64,000 bases of DNA from an uncultured Rhodomicrobium sp. (GCA_964351785.1 CAYGPF010000004.1:36088-100087); one strand, 5' to 3'. Numbered from the stretch's first letter, positions 6,383 to 16,019 are shown. Numbers and translations: made by a program. Notes: generated from the letters alone by a model not told the origin.

Positions 6383-8713
6383 ATGGGACCTTTTTTTCGT
6401 CGCTCACCTTCATCGCTTTCCTCTGTCGAAAAGGCCAAACGGGATGTTGCGCTTGGTCTCAAGCGGCTGCCTGTTGTCAGTTGGCTTTACCAGCCCAAGG
6501 ATGTTAATCACCTGTTGCTGGTGCCGCGAGACCTGCGCACGGCTGACCCCAGTTTTTCAATAGAGCTTGATATGGGCCAGTTTGGCCTGGCCGGGGCGAC
6601 CGTTCTGCTGGAGGGGGCTTCTCCGTTTCATGCTGATCCCCCTAACCTTTCCTGGCAACAGGAGTTGCACGGCTTTGGCTGGATCAGAAACCTGCGAGCG
6701 GCGCGGTCTGAGCGTTCCCAGCAACAGGCACTGGAGCTGCTTGAGAGCTGGATCAACAGTTTTCGCAGCCAGAAAGGCGTCGCCTGGGAGCCGGGCGTAA
6801 CCGCTCGTCGGCTCATCAGCTGGCTATCTCACTCAAATTTCCTCCTCAACGAAGCCGATGAAGAGCTTTACATGGATCTGATGATCTCAATTGATGATCA
6901 TATGCGTTTTCTCTCCATGGCCGGTGTGCATGCCAACCCGGGGTTGCCGCGGCTTTTGAGCCTGATTTCTCTGGTGTTTGCCGGGCTTTGTGTCGCCAAT
7001 CAGGAAAAGTTTCTCGATCAGCAGGTAAAGCTGCTTTGCAACGAGCTTGACCGCCAGATCTTTAGTGATGGCGGTCATATCTCGCGTGATAATTCGGTTC
7101 TGGCCAGCATTCTTTTAGACCTGTTGCCCTTAAAGCAATGTTTTGTCACTCGGAAATTTGAGGTTCCACCGCCATTGCAGGATTCGATCGGGCGGATGTT
7201 ACCGATGATCAATTATATGCGGCTTGGTGATGGGCTATTAAGCCGTTTTAACGGTGCGGGTACAACCCTGCCTGACACGCTCAGCACCGCTATGGCTTAT
7301 GATGATGTTTCTAACACACCGCTTGAGAAGGCCAGCTCCTCGCATTATTTCCGCCTGCAAAGGGGCAATGTGGTGGTGCTGATGGATGGCGGCGGGCCGC
7401 CGCCGCTTGAAATCAGCCAGAAAGCTCATGCCGGCTGCCTCTCCTTTGAGATGTCCTCCGGGACCTGCCCGCTTATCGTCAATTGCGGGGCGGCGCCGCC
7501 TGCTTTTCACACCATGGCGAACAATGCCCGGGCGACTGTTTGCCATTCGACCCTTACTGTTAACAATCGCTCTTCCGCCCAGTTCCTGCATGAAGAAAAG
7601 CTTCGCTCCGAGGAACACACAAGCCTTTTGGAAGGCCCGGCCCTGGTTGAAGCCCGCTATGAACGCAGCGGTGATCAACATAAAATCGTTGCCAGCCATG
7701 ATGGGTATCTCGCCCAGTTCGGGATCATCCATAACCGGCTTCTCAGCCTTTCCAATGATGGCTACACACTGATCGGGGAAGACTGGATCGAGTTGCCGAT
7801 GGGGCATGATGTTATCCAGAAAGGGCTTGGCTGGCCGTTTGCCGTGCATTTTCATATTCATCCCGATGTGGTGCCTGCCCGCTCTGCCGATGGCAAATCA
7901 GTTATCCTGACCCTGCCAGACAGCCAGGTCTGGACGTTCAGCGCCAATGATATGGTGATCCATCTGGAAGAAAGTATATTTTATGCTGATTTTGCCGGGC
8001 CCTGTCAGTCTGTTCAGATTGTCATTCGCGGTAATTGCCTTGGCCCGGTTTCCATTCCCTGGAAATTATCGAAGTCCATTCAGTCTTCAACACCGGATCC
8101 AAAGAATATACCGGACTGGATTTCGGGTAATGTCATTTCGCTTGAAAGTGCCCTTGAAGAGCAAAGCGAGCAACCGGAGAAGGACGACAAATCACCTGAT
8201 AAAGAGAAAACTCAAAAAGCTGGCGGCATGACAAAACCTAAGATTACGGACCTTGTTGAAGATACGGATGATGAAGTTGCTGCAGATGATGACAAACCGG
8301 TAAAGAAAACAAGTCCGGATGATCAGGTTTCTACTGATCAGAGAGTTGAGGCGAAGACTGATAAACCCTCACCTTCACAAATAAGAAAGCGCAAAAAAAG
8401 AGCGCGGCATAACGCGCCTTCACATTTTGCCAAACTGAAACCGGTTGCAGATAAATCTGATACTGATAATCAGCCGCCGCCGCTCCCGAAAACCGGAGGG
8501 GCCTTAAAAGGCGATCAACCGCCGCCGCCGCCATCTGGCAAAACTGGCCGGAATACAGCCATCATTAAAGGAGAAAAGGGCGGCCAACAGAAGGATGCCG
8601 AAAAAGGCGGCAGAGCGACTACCGATAAAACGGCAACGAACAATAAAGGCAAAGAAGCACCACTGTCGCCGCAACCACCGCCCATGCCTAAACCTAAACG
8701 GGATGATGAGTGA
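6383..8713 (+). CDS. Heparinase II/III-like family protein with a long disordered Lys/Pro/Asp-rich C-terminal tail
   Basis: It sits in the conserved alphaproteobacterial position between rsmB and purH. The core (LLVPRDLRTADPSF..., SDGGHISRDNS...) resembles the heparinase II/III-like family. About 210 C-terminal residues are low complexity. The start is uncertain (GTG 6257 or ATG 6383). Confidence 0.7.
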   Translation: MGPFFRRSPSSLSSVEKAKRDVALGLKRLPVVSWLYQPKDVNHLLLVPRDLRTADPSFSIELDMGQFGLAGATVLLEGASPFHADPPNLSWQQELHGFGWIRNLRAARSERSQQQALELLESWINSFRSQKGVAWEPGVTARRLISWLSHSNFLLNEADEELYMDLMISIDDHMRFLSMAGVHANPGLPRLLSLISLVFAGLCVANQEKFLDQQVKLLCNELDRQIFSDGGHISRDNSVLASILLDLLPLKQCFVTRKFEVPPPLQDSIGRMLPMINYMRLGDGLLSRFNGAGTTLPDTLSTAMAYDDVSNTPLEKASSSHYFRLQRGNVVVLMDGGGPPPLEISQKAHAGCLSFEMSSGTCPLIVNCGAAPPAFHTMANNARATVCHSTLTVNNRSSAQFLHEEKLRSEEHTSLLEGPALVEARYERSGDQHKIVASHDGYLAQFGIIHNRLLSLSNDGYTLIGEDWIELPMGHDVIQKGLGWPFAVHFHIHPDVVPARSADGKSVILTLPDSQVWTFSANDMVIHLEESIFYADFAGPCQSVQIVIRGNCLGPVSIPWKLSKSIQSSTPDPKNIPDWISGNVISLESALEEQSEQPEKDDKSPDKEKTQKAGGMTKPKITDLVEDTDDEVAADDDKPVKKTSPDDQVSTDQRVEAKTDKPSPSQIRKRKKRARHNAPSHFAKLKPVADKSDTDNQPPPLPKTGGALKGDQPPPPPSGKTGRNTAIIKGEKGGQQKDAEKGGRATTDKTATNNKGKEAPLSPQPPPMPKPKRDDE

Positions 8714-9047
8714 TACCTTTTTTTCTTTCTTTTCTCTGGCGCATTCCTAAAATTTTTCTGTCTTTTTCTGGTGCCTTTTCTATTGCTGTTGCTCTCCCCG
8801 TTGCGCTAAGTGTTTCTCTTTCCGTTTCTGGGGCTTTCAATGGGGGAAAGGTTTTAAAAGTTCTTTTCCGGGAGGTTTCTTCTGTGCTAGAGCTTAGCCC
8901 GCCTCTATGGCCTCTTAATAGCCATAGCGGACAATTCAGGTCTTGCCCCACTGTTTTCATAGCTTATTTCTTATCTGAATTCAGGGGGCGGCGGCCCTGT
9001 CTCATTTTTTTACTTTTTCACTTCGAGAATAAAGGGTTCTTTCCGCT

Positions 9048-10631
9048 ATGCTTGCCCCCATTGAACGTGCGCTTCTCTCTGTTTCTGATAAAACCGGCAT
9101 TGTGGATTTTGCCAGGGCGCTGGCTGCGCGGGGGGTGGAGCTTATTTCAACCGGGGGAACGGCAAAACTTTTAAGTGAGGCCGGACTTGAGGTTAAAGAT
9201 GTGGCAAGCCATACCGGTTTTCCTGAGATGATGGATGGCCGCATCAAAACCCTGCATCCCAGCGTGCATGGCGGGCTACTGGCCGTTCGCGGTAATGAAG
9301 CGCATCACGCCGCTCAACAAGCGCATGGCATTGCCAATATCGACCTTCTGGTTGTCAATCTTTATCCCTTTGAGGCGACCATTGCCGACGGGGCTGATTA
9401 TGAAACCGCCATTGAGAATATTGATATTGGCGGACCGGCCATGATCAGGGCCGCGGCGAAAAATCATGACAGCGTCACTGTAATCGTTGATCATGATGAT
9501 TATCAGCCGCTATTGGATGAGCTTGAGGAACAGGGCGGCAAAGTCTCACTAGAACGTCGCCGTAACATGGCCGCCAAGGCATACGCCAGAACGGCCAACT
9601 ATGATGCGGTGATTTCCAACTGGTTTGCCAGCGAGCTGGAAATTGACACCCCGAAATGGAAAAGCTTTTCCGGTGAGCTTACCCAGACTATGCGTTATGG
9701 CGAGAACCCGCATCAGGCAGCCGCCTTTTATAAAACAGGCGACAATAGGCCAGGCGTTGCCACAGCCCGCCAGCTGCAGGGCAAGGCGCTTAGCTATAAC
9801 AACCTCAATGATACCGATGCCGCGATTGAACTGGTTGCGGAGTTTGACCCGGCGATCAGCCCGGCTGTTGCCATTATCAAACATGCCAACCCTTGCGGTG
9901 TGGCCCTCGGGGCCAGCCTGAAGGACGCTTACGAAAAGGCGCTTCTATGTGACCCGGTCAGTGCCTTTGGGGGCATCATTGCTTTCAATCAACCGCTGGA
10001 TGAAGCGGCAGCAACCGAGATTACCAAAATTTTCACTGAGGTGGTCGTCGCCCCTGATGCAACAGACGCAGCATGTAAAATTCTCTCTTCCAAAAAGAAT
10101 GTGCGTTTATTGCTAACCGATGGCCTGCCTGAGCCTACAGCCAAAGGTCTGACAGCCAAAATGCTCTCTGGCGGATTTCTTGCCCAATCACGGGACCATG
10201 GCACCATTGAACAGCTTGACCTGAAGGTGGTGACCAAACGAGCGCCTACAGAAACAGAACTGGCTGACCTGAAAACCGCGTTCAAGATCTGTAAACATGT
10301 GAAATCCAACGCTATTATCTATGTCAAGGACGGGGCCAGCGTTGGCATTGGCGCCGGACAGATGAGCCGGGTGGACAGCGCCCGCATCGCCGCCTGGAAA
10401 GCTGAAGAAGCTGCCAGAGAAGCCGGCCTTACCGAACCCCTCACCAAAGGCAGTGTTGTTGCCTCTGATGCGTTTTTCCCCTTTGCGGATGGTTTGCTGG
10501 CAGCGGCCAAAGCCGGCGCCACAGCTGTCATTCAACCGGGGGGGTCAATGCGGGACGATGAGGTGATAGCGGCGGCGGATGAGGCGGGTCTAGCCATGGT
10601 CATGACCGGCATGCGGCACTTCAGGCACTAA
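9048..10631 (+). CDS. purH: Bifunctional AICAR transformylase / IMP cyclohydrolase
   Basis: [18 protein letters not shown]..., GGTAKLL, RIKTLHP.VHGG and a C-terminal GMRHFRH are all hallmark PurH segments. Confidence 0.97.
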   Translation: MLAPIERALLSVSDKTGIVDFARALAARGVELISTGGTAKLLSEAGLEVKDVASHTGFPEMMDGRIKTLHPSVHGGLLAVRGNEAHHAAQQAHGIANIDLLVVNLYPFEATIADGADYETAIENIDIGGPAMIRAAAKNHDSVTVIVDHDDYQPLLDELEEQGGKVSLERRRNMAAKAYARTANYDAVISNWFASELEIDTPKWKSFSGELTQTMRYGENPHQAAAFYKTGDNRPGVATARQLQGKALSYNNLNDTDAAIELVAEFDPAISPAVAIIKHANPCGVALGASLKDAYEKALLCDPVSAFGGIIAFNQPLDEAAATEITKIFTEVVVAPDATDAACKILSSKKNVRLLLTDGLPEPTAKGLTAKMLSGGFLAQSRDHGTIEQLDLKVVTKRAPTETELADLKTAFKICKHVKSNAIIYVKDGASVGIGAGQMSRVDSARIAAWKAEEAAREAGLTEPLTKGSVVASDAFFPFADGLLAAAKAGATAVIQPGGSMRDDEVIAAADEAGLAMVMTGMRHFRH

Positions 10632-10646
10632 TATCTCTCACGGCAA

Positions 10647-10675
10647 GAACAGGCTGCGCCTGTTCGCCTCTTTTT
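10647..10675 (+). terminator. purH terminator hairpin, also part of a dispersed repeat
   Basis: GAACAGGC-TGC-GCCTGTTC followed by GCCTCTTTTT. Confidence 0.8.
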
Positions 10676-10780
10676 GGTGCTTCAGATGCCCACTACGCAT
10701 CCGCATATTTGGTGCTTCAGATGCCCACCTAGCATCCGCATTCCTGTGCTTCAGATGCCCACCTAGCATCCGCAATTGCT
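10676..10780. repeat. Three tandem copies of a 35-bp repeat (GGTGCTTCAGATGCCCACCTAGCATCCGCAT...)
   Basis: Units start at 10676, 10711 and about 10745. Read directly from the sequence. Confidence 0.9.
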
Positions 10781-10923
10781 GCGCCATGTCGCAAGGCAAT
10801 AATTGCCTTACTCCTTCTTCTCAATTCTAAAACCCTGCGCTCATATCGACCTGATCATTTAGAAAACTGTGCCAGGTTATCTCTAACGGCAAGAACAGGC
10901 TGCGCCCCTGTTAGTTTCTTTTT

Positions 10924-10990
10924 GGTGCTTCAGATGCCCACCTAACATCCGCATATTTGGTGCTTCAGATGCCCACCTAGCAACCGGGCC
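10924..10990. repeat. Two more tandem copies of the same 35-bp repeat, preceded by a second copy of the purH-terminator-like hairpin (10893-10923)
   Basis: Units start at 10924 and 10959. The upstream flank ATCTCTAACGGCAAGAACAGGCTGCGCCCCTGTTAGTTTCTTTTT mirrors 10633-10675. Confidence 0.9.
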
Positions 10991-11072
10991 ATGAGCTGAT
11001 CTATATAATATGACGGTTTTGCGCTGCCGATACGTATAATTTATAATTATAAAAAACGATATTGGAGCTGAT

Positions 11073-11636
11073 ATGATGTCCCATTCACCCTCTTCCCTTT
11101 CCAAAATTACGATCCATTTTCACTGGCTGATTGCCCTTGGTATTATCGGTATGCTGGCTTTTGGCATTTATATTGAGGAGTTTGTTCCTGGCCGGCTTGC
11201 GGATGGCACAAGGAACCCATTTCGCGGTGAATTGATGTTTTTTCATAAATCTTTCGGGGCCATTATCCTGCTGCTGGCAGGAGCGCGGGTTGGATGGCGG
11301 TTCATTGAAGGATGGCCCGAACCTGCCAGTATCTACAAACGGATTGAGGTGATTGCTGCCAAAGCGACCCATTGGTTATTGTTGCTTGGCACGCTGATCA
11401 TGCCGCTTTCCGGCATCATCATGTCACAAGCTGCTGGCCGGGCGGTTTCTGTTTTCGGTCTCTTTAACCTGCCGACCATTGTCCCTGAAAGCAAAGCCAT
11501 TGGTGATGTTGGGCATGTTGTCCATGAGTTCGGGGCCTGGATCCTCATCGGCGTGATTGCATTTCACATTGCTGGTGCCCTCAAACACCATGTGATTGAT
11601 AAAGACGAGACCCTGAAACGTATGCTGGGCTCATAA
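11073..11636 (+). CDS. Cytochrome b561 family protein
   Basis: Four-TM protein with conserved His positions (IHFHWLIALG, FHKSFG, ATHWLLL, AFHIAGALKHH). Confidence 0.85.
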   Translation: MMSHSPSSLSKITIHFHWLIALGIIGMLAFGIYIEEFVPGRLADGTRNPFRGELMFFHKSFGAIILLLAGARVGWRFIEGWPEPASIYKRIEVIAAKATHWLLLLGTLIMPLSGIIMSQAAGRAVSVFGLFNLPTIVPESKAIGDVGHVVHEFGAWILIGVIAFHIAGALKHHVIDKDETLKRMLGS

Positions 11637-11677
11637 AAAGCAAGTCCCCCCGCCTGGCCATTTTATTGCCCCTCAAT

Positions 11678-12577
11678 TCATTTTGAAGACAGGCTAGCAC
11701 GGATGCCCTCTTTATAGGTTGGATATTCAAGCGTGATGCCTAACTCTTCCTTTATGCGTTTATTAGAGACACGCTTGTTGTCGCTGTAGAAACTTTTGGC
11801 CATGTCGCTCATCTCCGCCTCTTCAAAGGGGATGAGCGGCGGGATTTCCAGCCCCATCAATTCTGCAGCATAAGCCAGAACATCCTGCGGCGGAGCTGGC
11901 TTATCATCTGCTATGTTATAAATCGCGCCAGGGTTGGGTTGCTTGAGAGATGCGATGAGAACAGAGGCAATATCCTCCACATGGGCCCTGTTAAAGACCT
12001 GGCCCTTTTTTTCTATGCGGCGGGCCCGGCCCTGGGCTAATTTGTTTTGCGGGCCGCGGCCCGGGCCGTAAATGCCGGGAAGGCGAAACAAATGCACAGG
12101 CAAACCCATGCCTTCAAACCGTTCCAGCCATTGATTTTCTGCAATTTTGCGCCAGGCGGATCGTTTCGAGCCGGGCCTTGTTTCACTTTCCTCATCAACC
12201 CAGTTGCCATCATGGTTGCCATAAACCCCGACGGTTGATAAATAGCCTACCCATTTTAACTGGCTGTTTGCTGTGATATCATCCTTGAAATTCCTGAGAA
12301 TAATGTCCCCGTCTTTATCCGGGCTGATGGAGATGAGGATAATCTCTGCTTTGCGTATCAGCTCTGCTATTTTGGCTGACTTACCCTCACCTTCATAGAT
12401 GAACGGTTCTGCCCCGGCTTGCCTGATGCCGGCAAAGTTCTGGCCGGATCTGGTTGTTCCGACCATCTTCATAGCTTTAAAGACCGGGTCTGACTTTAAC
12501 TGCCGCATCATGGTTTTTGCCGTGTAACCTGCCCCCAGAAAGAGAGCAAGGGGGGGAGAATTTTCCATATGATTCAT
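11678..12577 (-). CDS. SDR / NAD-dependent epimerase-dehydratase family protein
   Basis: N-terminal Rossmann motif LFLGAGYTAKT. Starting at 12577 gives an ATGA overlap with the queG stop (12574-12576). The track ORF extends to 12604. Confidence 0.7.
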   Translation of the reverse strand: MNHMENSPPLALFLGAGYTAKTMMRQLKSDPVFKAMKMVGTTRSGQNFAGIRQAGAEPFIYEGEGKSAKIAELIRKAEIILISISPDKDGDIILRNFKDDITANSQLKWVGYLSTVGVYGNHDGNWVDEESETRPGSKRSAWRKIAENQWLERFEGMGLPVHLFRLPGIYGPGRGPQNKLAQGRARRIEKKGQVFNRAHVEDIASVLIASLKQPNPGAIYNIADDKPAPPQDVLAYAAELMGLEIPPLIPFEEAEMSDMAKSFYSDNKRVSNKRIKEELGITLEYPTYKEGIRASLSSK

Positions 12578-13713
12578 TCGCCTTCTACGTGGGGTCTGGC
12601 CCATTCCTCAACGATATCCGGATCGTCATCAGCAGGGCTTAATTTATTTTTCAGTTCCATCCACTCAGCGGCCTTTGCCAATTGATTGTAGGCCCAGATG
12701 GCGGGAGCGCGGACGATGGGTGACTCTCCCCGGTGTTCTATCAGTTTTTTAACAAGTGGTAACAGTGACGGTTCACCAGAATTGCCCGCAGCAATCAGAC
12801 AATTGCGCAGCATACGATCCCGGCCCGTCCGTTTGATAGGGGTGCCTTTAAAACGAGCGGCAAAAGCAACATCGTCCATTTGCAATAAGTCTGCAAGAGG
12901 CGGGTTGTTGGTTTCACTCCGGGCGGCAAAGCGCTGTTCGTTTGAGGTTTTGGCAAATTTGTTCCACGGGCAGATGGCAAGGCAATCATCACAGCCATAG
13001 ATGCGATTGCCAATGGCTTTCCTGAAGCGAACCGGTATGTGACCTTTATGTTCTATGGTCAGATAGCTGATACAGCGCCGGGCATCAAGTTTATAGGCTG
13101 CTTCAAATGCGTTCGTCGGGCATATATCGAGGCAACGGTGGCAGTTGCCGCAATGGTCTGCCTCTGGTTTGTCTGCTGTCAGGATCTGATCTGTATAGAT
13201 ACTGGCCAGAAACACCCAGGAACCATGGTTACGGCTGACAAGATTGGTGTGCTTGCCTTGCCAACCAAGGCCGGCTCGCTGACTGAGCGGCTTTTCCATT
13301 ACCGGGGCGGTGTCTACAAAGACCTTTACCTCACCGCCGGTTTCATTCACGAACCAGCGGGCGATGTTTTTCAGCTTCTGCTTGATGATGGTGTGGTAAT
13401 CCTTGCCCTTTGCATAAACCGATATAACCCCGTTTTTCCGGTTGGCGAGGTCATTCAGCGGGTTATGGTCTGGCCCGTAATTCATGGAAAGCATGATCAG
13501 TGAACGCGCTTCCGGCCAAAGGGCTTTGGGTGCGAGGCGGCGGTTCTGTTTTTCTTCCATCCAGAGCATGTCACCATGCCAGCCTGCCTTTAAAAATTCT
13601 TTTAAGCCATCACGGTTTATTTCCGGGAGCTCCGCTTTTGAGATACCAATCCCTTCAAAGCCTTCTGCCTCAGCTTTTTTTATAAGGTTTATTTTCAATG
13701 TGTCCTGGTTCAT
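12574..13713 (-). CDS. queG: Epoxyqueuosine reductase
   Basis: Two 4Fe-4S motifs (CGNCHRCLDICP, CDDCLAICPWNKF), C-terminal HEAT-like repeats and a typical QueG N-terminus. Confidence 0.92.
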   Translation of the reverse strand: MNQDTLKINLIKKAEAEGFEGIGISKAELPEINRDGLKEFLKAGWHGDMLWMEEKQNRRLAPKALWPEARSLIMLSMNYGPDHNPLNDLANRKNGVISVYAKGKDYHTIIKQKLKNIARWFVNETGGEVKVFVDTAPVMEKPLSQRAGLGWQGKHTNLVSRNHGSWVFLASIYTDQILTADKPEADHCGNCHRCLDICPTNAFEAAYKLDARRCISYLTIEHKGHIPVRFRKAIGNRIYGCDDCLAICPWNKFAKTSNEQRFAARSETNNPPLADLLQMDDVAFAARFKGTPIKRTGRDRMLRNCLIAAGNSGEPSLLPLVKKLIEHRGESPIVRAPAIWAYNQLAKAAEWMELKNKLSPADDDPDIVEEWARPHVEGE

Positions 13714-13779
13714 GAAGGCATCAGTTGTCCAAAGGCTGGATCTGTCCTGTGTGGTTGTCCGGTTCGCCTGATCAAACCG

Positions 13780-14463
13780 TTAGAAATCAAGATCCGTATA
13801 ATGGGCTGGTGGCACCAATGATGGCAAGGTGTCATGCAATAGCGGGCGGAATGAGGGGCGTGACTTTATACGGGCATACCAGTTTTTCACCAGAGGGATG
13901 TTGCTCCAATTCATGTCACCCAGATAATCAAGGCAGGAGAGATGGCTGGCGGCGGCGAGATCAGCAACACTCAGATAATCACCGCCCAGCCAGTAGCGCT
14001 CCTCGAGTAGCCTTGAGAGATAGCCCATGTGATTGCGCAGATTGGCCATCGCGGCGCGGATGGCGTCCGGGTCGGGGCTGGCGCGGTGGACAAAGGGATT
14101 TTCAATGCGCTCAAAGGCGATGTAACGCCAGACCTCGTCATAAAATTTCATATGGAACCAGTCGATCATCCGGCGGGTTTCTGCACGGGGGTATGGTTCC
14201 TCCGGCATCAGCTCTGGGGGGCGCATATCTTCGTCAAGCGGGGCGGCCTCGAGAAGGTAATCTGTTATCGGGTAAATGCCGGATATAGCGACATGATCCA
14301 CAAGCAGAACAGGCAGATTGCCGCCCGGGTTCACCGCCAGAAATTCCGGCCGCCAGGCCCAGGGTTTTTCTTCTGCCATAGCCGCGTCGATGCCATATTC
14401 CTTTAATAGAACCCGAGCTGTCCTTGATAAAGGACAGAGGGGGTAATGAATGAGCTGCACCAT
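13780..14463 (-). CDS. Glutathione S-transferase family protein
   Basis: Thioredoxin-like N-domain (YPLCPLSR..., NPGGNLPVL) plus a helical C-domain. Confidence 0.75.
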   Translation of the reverse strand: MVQLIHYPLCPLSRTARVLLKEYGIDAAMAEEKPWAWRPEFLAVNPGGNLPVLLVDHVAISGIYPITDYLLEAAPLDEDMRPPELMPEEPYPRAETRRMIDWFHMKFYDEVWRYIAFERIENPFVHRASPDPDAIRAAMANLRNHMGYLSRLLEERYWLGGDYLSVADLAAASHLSCLDYLGDMNWSNIPLVKNWYARIKSRPSFRPLLHDTLPSLVPPAHYTDLDF

Positions 14464-14577
14464 ACGCCGGCGTTCCTTTATGTTTACCCTTGTCTTTCTT
14501 TTTTAGATGGAATACTCAATTTTCTTGACAAAAAACAGACCTTAAATGTCCTTGCCATGCATTATTGATGCCGACAA

Positions 14578-15396
14578 GTGAACAGGGGAGATGGAAATTT
14601 GCCGATCGAGCAGCTTATTGTCTTATCAATTATCCAGGGGCTTACCGAGTTTTGGCCGGTCAGTTCCTCGGGGCATCTTAATCTTGTTCATCTCTTGTCC
14701 AAGTGGCCAGATCAGGGGGCGCTCTTGGATGTGGCAGTACATCTGGGCAGTCTGATGGCCGTACTGATCTATTTCTGGCGTGATGTGGCGATGCTGATCA
14801 GAGCATTTTTTGACCTCATCCGTGCACAATTCGGGCCTGAAACACGGCTGTTAATCTATCTGATTGTTGCCAGCATACCTTTAATGATCGTCGGTTTTAT
14901 TCTGCATAAAACCGGGATTTATGACAAAATGCGCACTGTAGAGGTGATTGCATGGGCGAATATTGTTTTTGCGCTCATTCTCTGGTGGAGCGATGAGTTC
15001 CCCCCCGTCAAGCGAACCATGGAAGAAACTGGCTGGCGTGATGTGCTTTATGTCGGCGTGGCGCAGATTTTTGCGCTTATTCCCGGGGCTTCTCGTTCTG
15101 GTGTGACCATGTCTGCGGCGCGGTATATGGGGTTCAAACGCACAGAGGCGGCCCGCTTTGCCATGTTGCTTTCCATACCGGCAATATTTGGTGCCGGTCT
15201 GCTGGCCAGTGTTGATCTTTATTCCGGCAACGCGACGATGCAGAGTGATGCGATTTTCGTTTGCGTTCTGTCATTTTTAACCGCGCTGTTTTCTATCTGG
15301 TTCATGATGGCATTGCTGAAACGAATGAGTATGCTGCCATTTGTGATTTACCGGTTGCTGCTTGGCGGGTTTTTGCTTTCGCTGATTTATTTTTAG
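14578..15396 (+). CDS. uppP: Undecaprenyl-diphosphate phosphatase
   Basis: IIQGLTEFWPVSSSGHL and PGASRSGVTMSAAR motifs. The start codon is uncertain. Confidence 0.93.
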   Translation: MNRGDGNLPIEQLIVLSIIQGLTEFWPVSSSGHLNLVHLLSKWPDQGALLDVAVHLGSLMAVLIYFWRDVAMLIRAFFDLIRAQFGPETRLLIYLIVASIPLMIVGFILHKTGIYDKMRTVEVIAWANIVFALILWWSDEFPPVKRTMEETGWRDVLYVGVAQIFALIPGASRSGVTMSAARYMGFKRTEAARFAMLLSIPAIFGAGLLASVDLYSGNATMQSDAIFVCVLSFLTALFSIWFMMALLKRMSMLPFVIYRLLLGGFLLSLIYF

Positions 15397-15419
15397 ACAG
15401 ATGCCCTTATGAAAAATTC

Positions 15420-15476
15420 AGACATGATCCTCCCCCTCCCAGCTGGCAGGCTGGCAGAGGGGGGCTGATCATGTCT
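15420..15476. terminator. Long inverted repeat between convergent uppP and msrB (bidirectional terminator candidate)
   Basis: AGACATGATCCTCCCCCTC ... GAGGGGGGCTGATCATGTCT. Confidence 0.7.
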
Positions 15477-15509
15477 TGCGTGATTTTTGATCCGTTGAGA
15501 TTGCAGCTA

Positions 15510-16019
15510 TCAGCTGTTTTCTGCCTTGGGCTTAAAGGTCAGGGCGACACCATTGTTGCAGTATCTTAACCCCGTGGGTTTGGGCCCGTCATTAAACACA
15601 TGGCCCTGATGGCCGCCGCAGCGTGCGCAGTGGTATTCTGTCCGCTTATACCCGATCCAATAGTCTGCCTTGGTGTCAACCGCTTTTGGCAGAACATCGT
15701 AGAAACTTGGCCAGCCGGTGCCGCTGTCATATTTGGTTTTGGCGTCAAAAAGCGGCAGATCACAGCCAGCGCAATGGTAAATGCCTGACCGTTTTTCCTT
15801 GTTTAACGGGCTGGTGAAGGCGCGCTCTGTGCCTTCTTTTCGCAGCACATTGAACTGGGCCGCTGTGAGGCGCTCTTTCCATTGTTTTTCAGTTAGTTTG
15901 AAGGGGGCTGTCTTGGTGTTGGCCATGGCAGATTTCCTGTAGGTGGTAAGCCCGATCAGCCCAGCCAGGGCAGAGCCTGTGCCAAGGGCCAGTATGAGGC
16001 GTCTTGAGAGCAGTTTCAT
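15510..16019 (-). CDS. msrB: Peptide-methionine (R)-S-oxide reductase with an N-terminal twin-arginine-like signal
   Basis: The SelR domain has two CxxC pairs (CAGCDLPLF, CARCGGHQGHVF) and RYCNN. Starting at MKLLSRRLILALGTGSALAGL gives a Tat-like leader. The track ORF extends to 16109. Confidence 0.9.
   Translation of the reverse strand: MKLLSRRLILALGTGSALAGLIGLTTYRKSAMANTKTAPFKLTEKQWKERLTAAQFNVLRKEGTERAFTSPLNKEKRSGIYHCAGCDLPLFDAKTKYDSGTGWPSFYDVLPKAVDTKADYWIGYKRTEYHCARCGGHQGHVFNDGPKPTGLRYCNNGVALTFKPKAENS

Noticed and set aside
7238-7861. 207-aa ORF antisense to the heparinase-like gene.
   Set aside because: It is an antisense-frame artefact with Arg/Ala/Gly-rich composition, no motif and no independent expression signals.
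8710-9174. 154-aa plus-strand ORF spanning the heparinase-purH spacer and running into purH.
   Set aside because: It arises from the pyrimidine-rich tract (a Phe/Leu/Ser-rich product). It overlaps the well-supported purH start in another frame and crosses a terminator-like hairpin.
10676-10990. Possible CRISPR array, given the 35-bp repeats in two clusters.
   Set aside because: The repeat units are directly adjacent with no unique spacers, there are only 3 + 2 copies, and no cas genes or leader are present. This is a tandem or segmental duplication, not a CRISPR array.
10883-11104. 73-aa minus-strand ORF in the repeat region upstream of cytochrome b561.
   Set aside because: It is translated largely from the 35-bp repeats and hairpin element and has no start context. 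It is judged noncoding.
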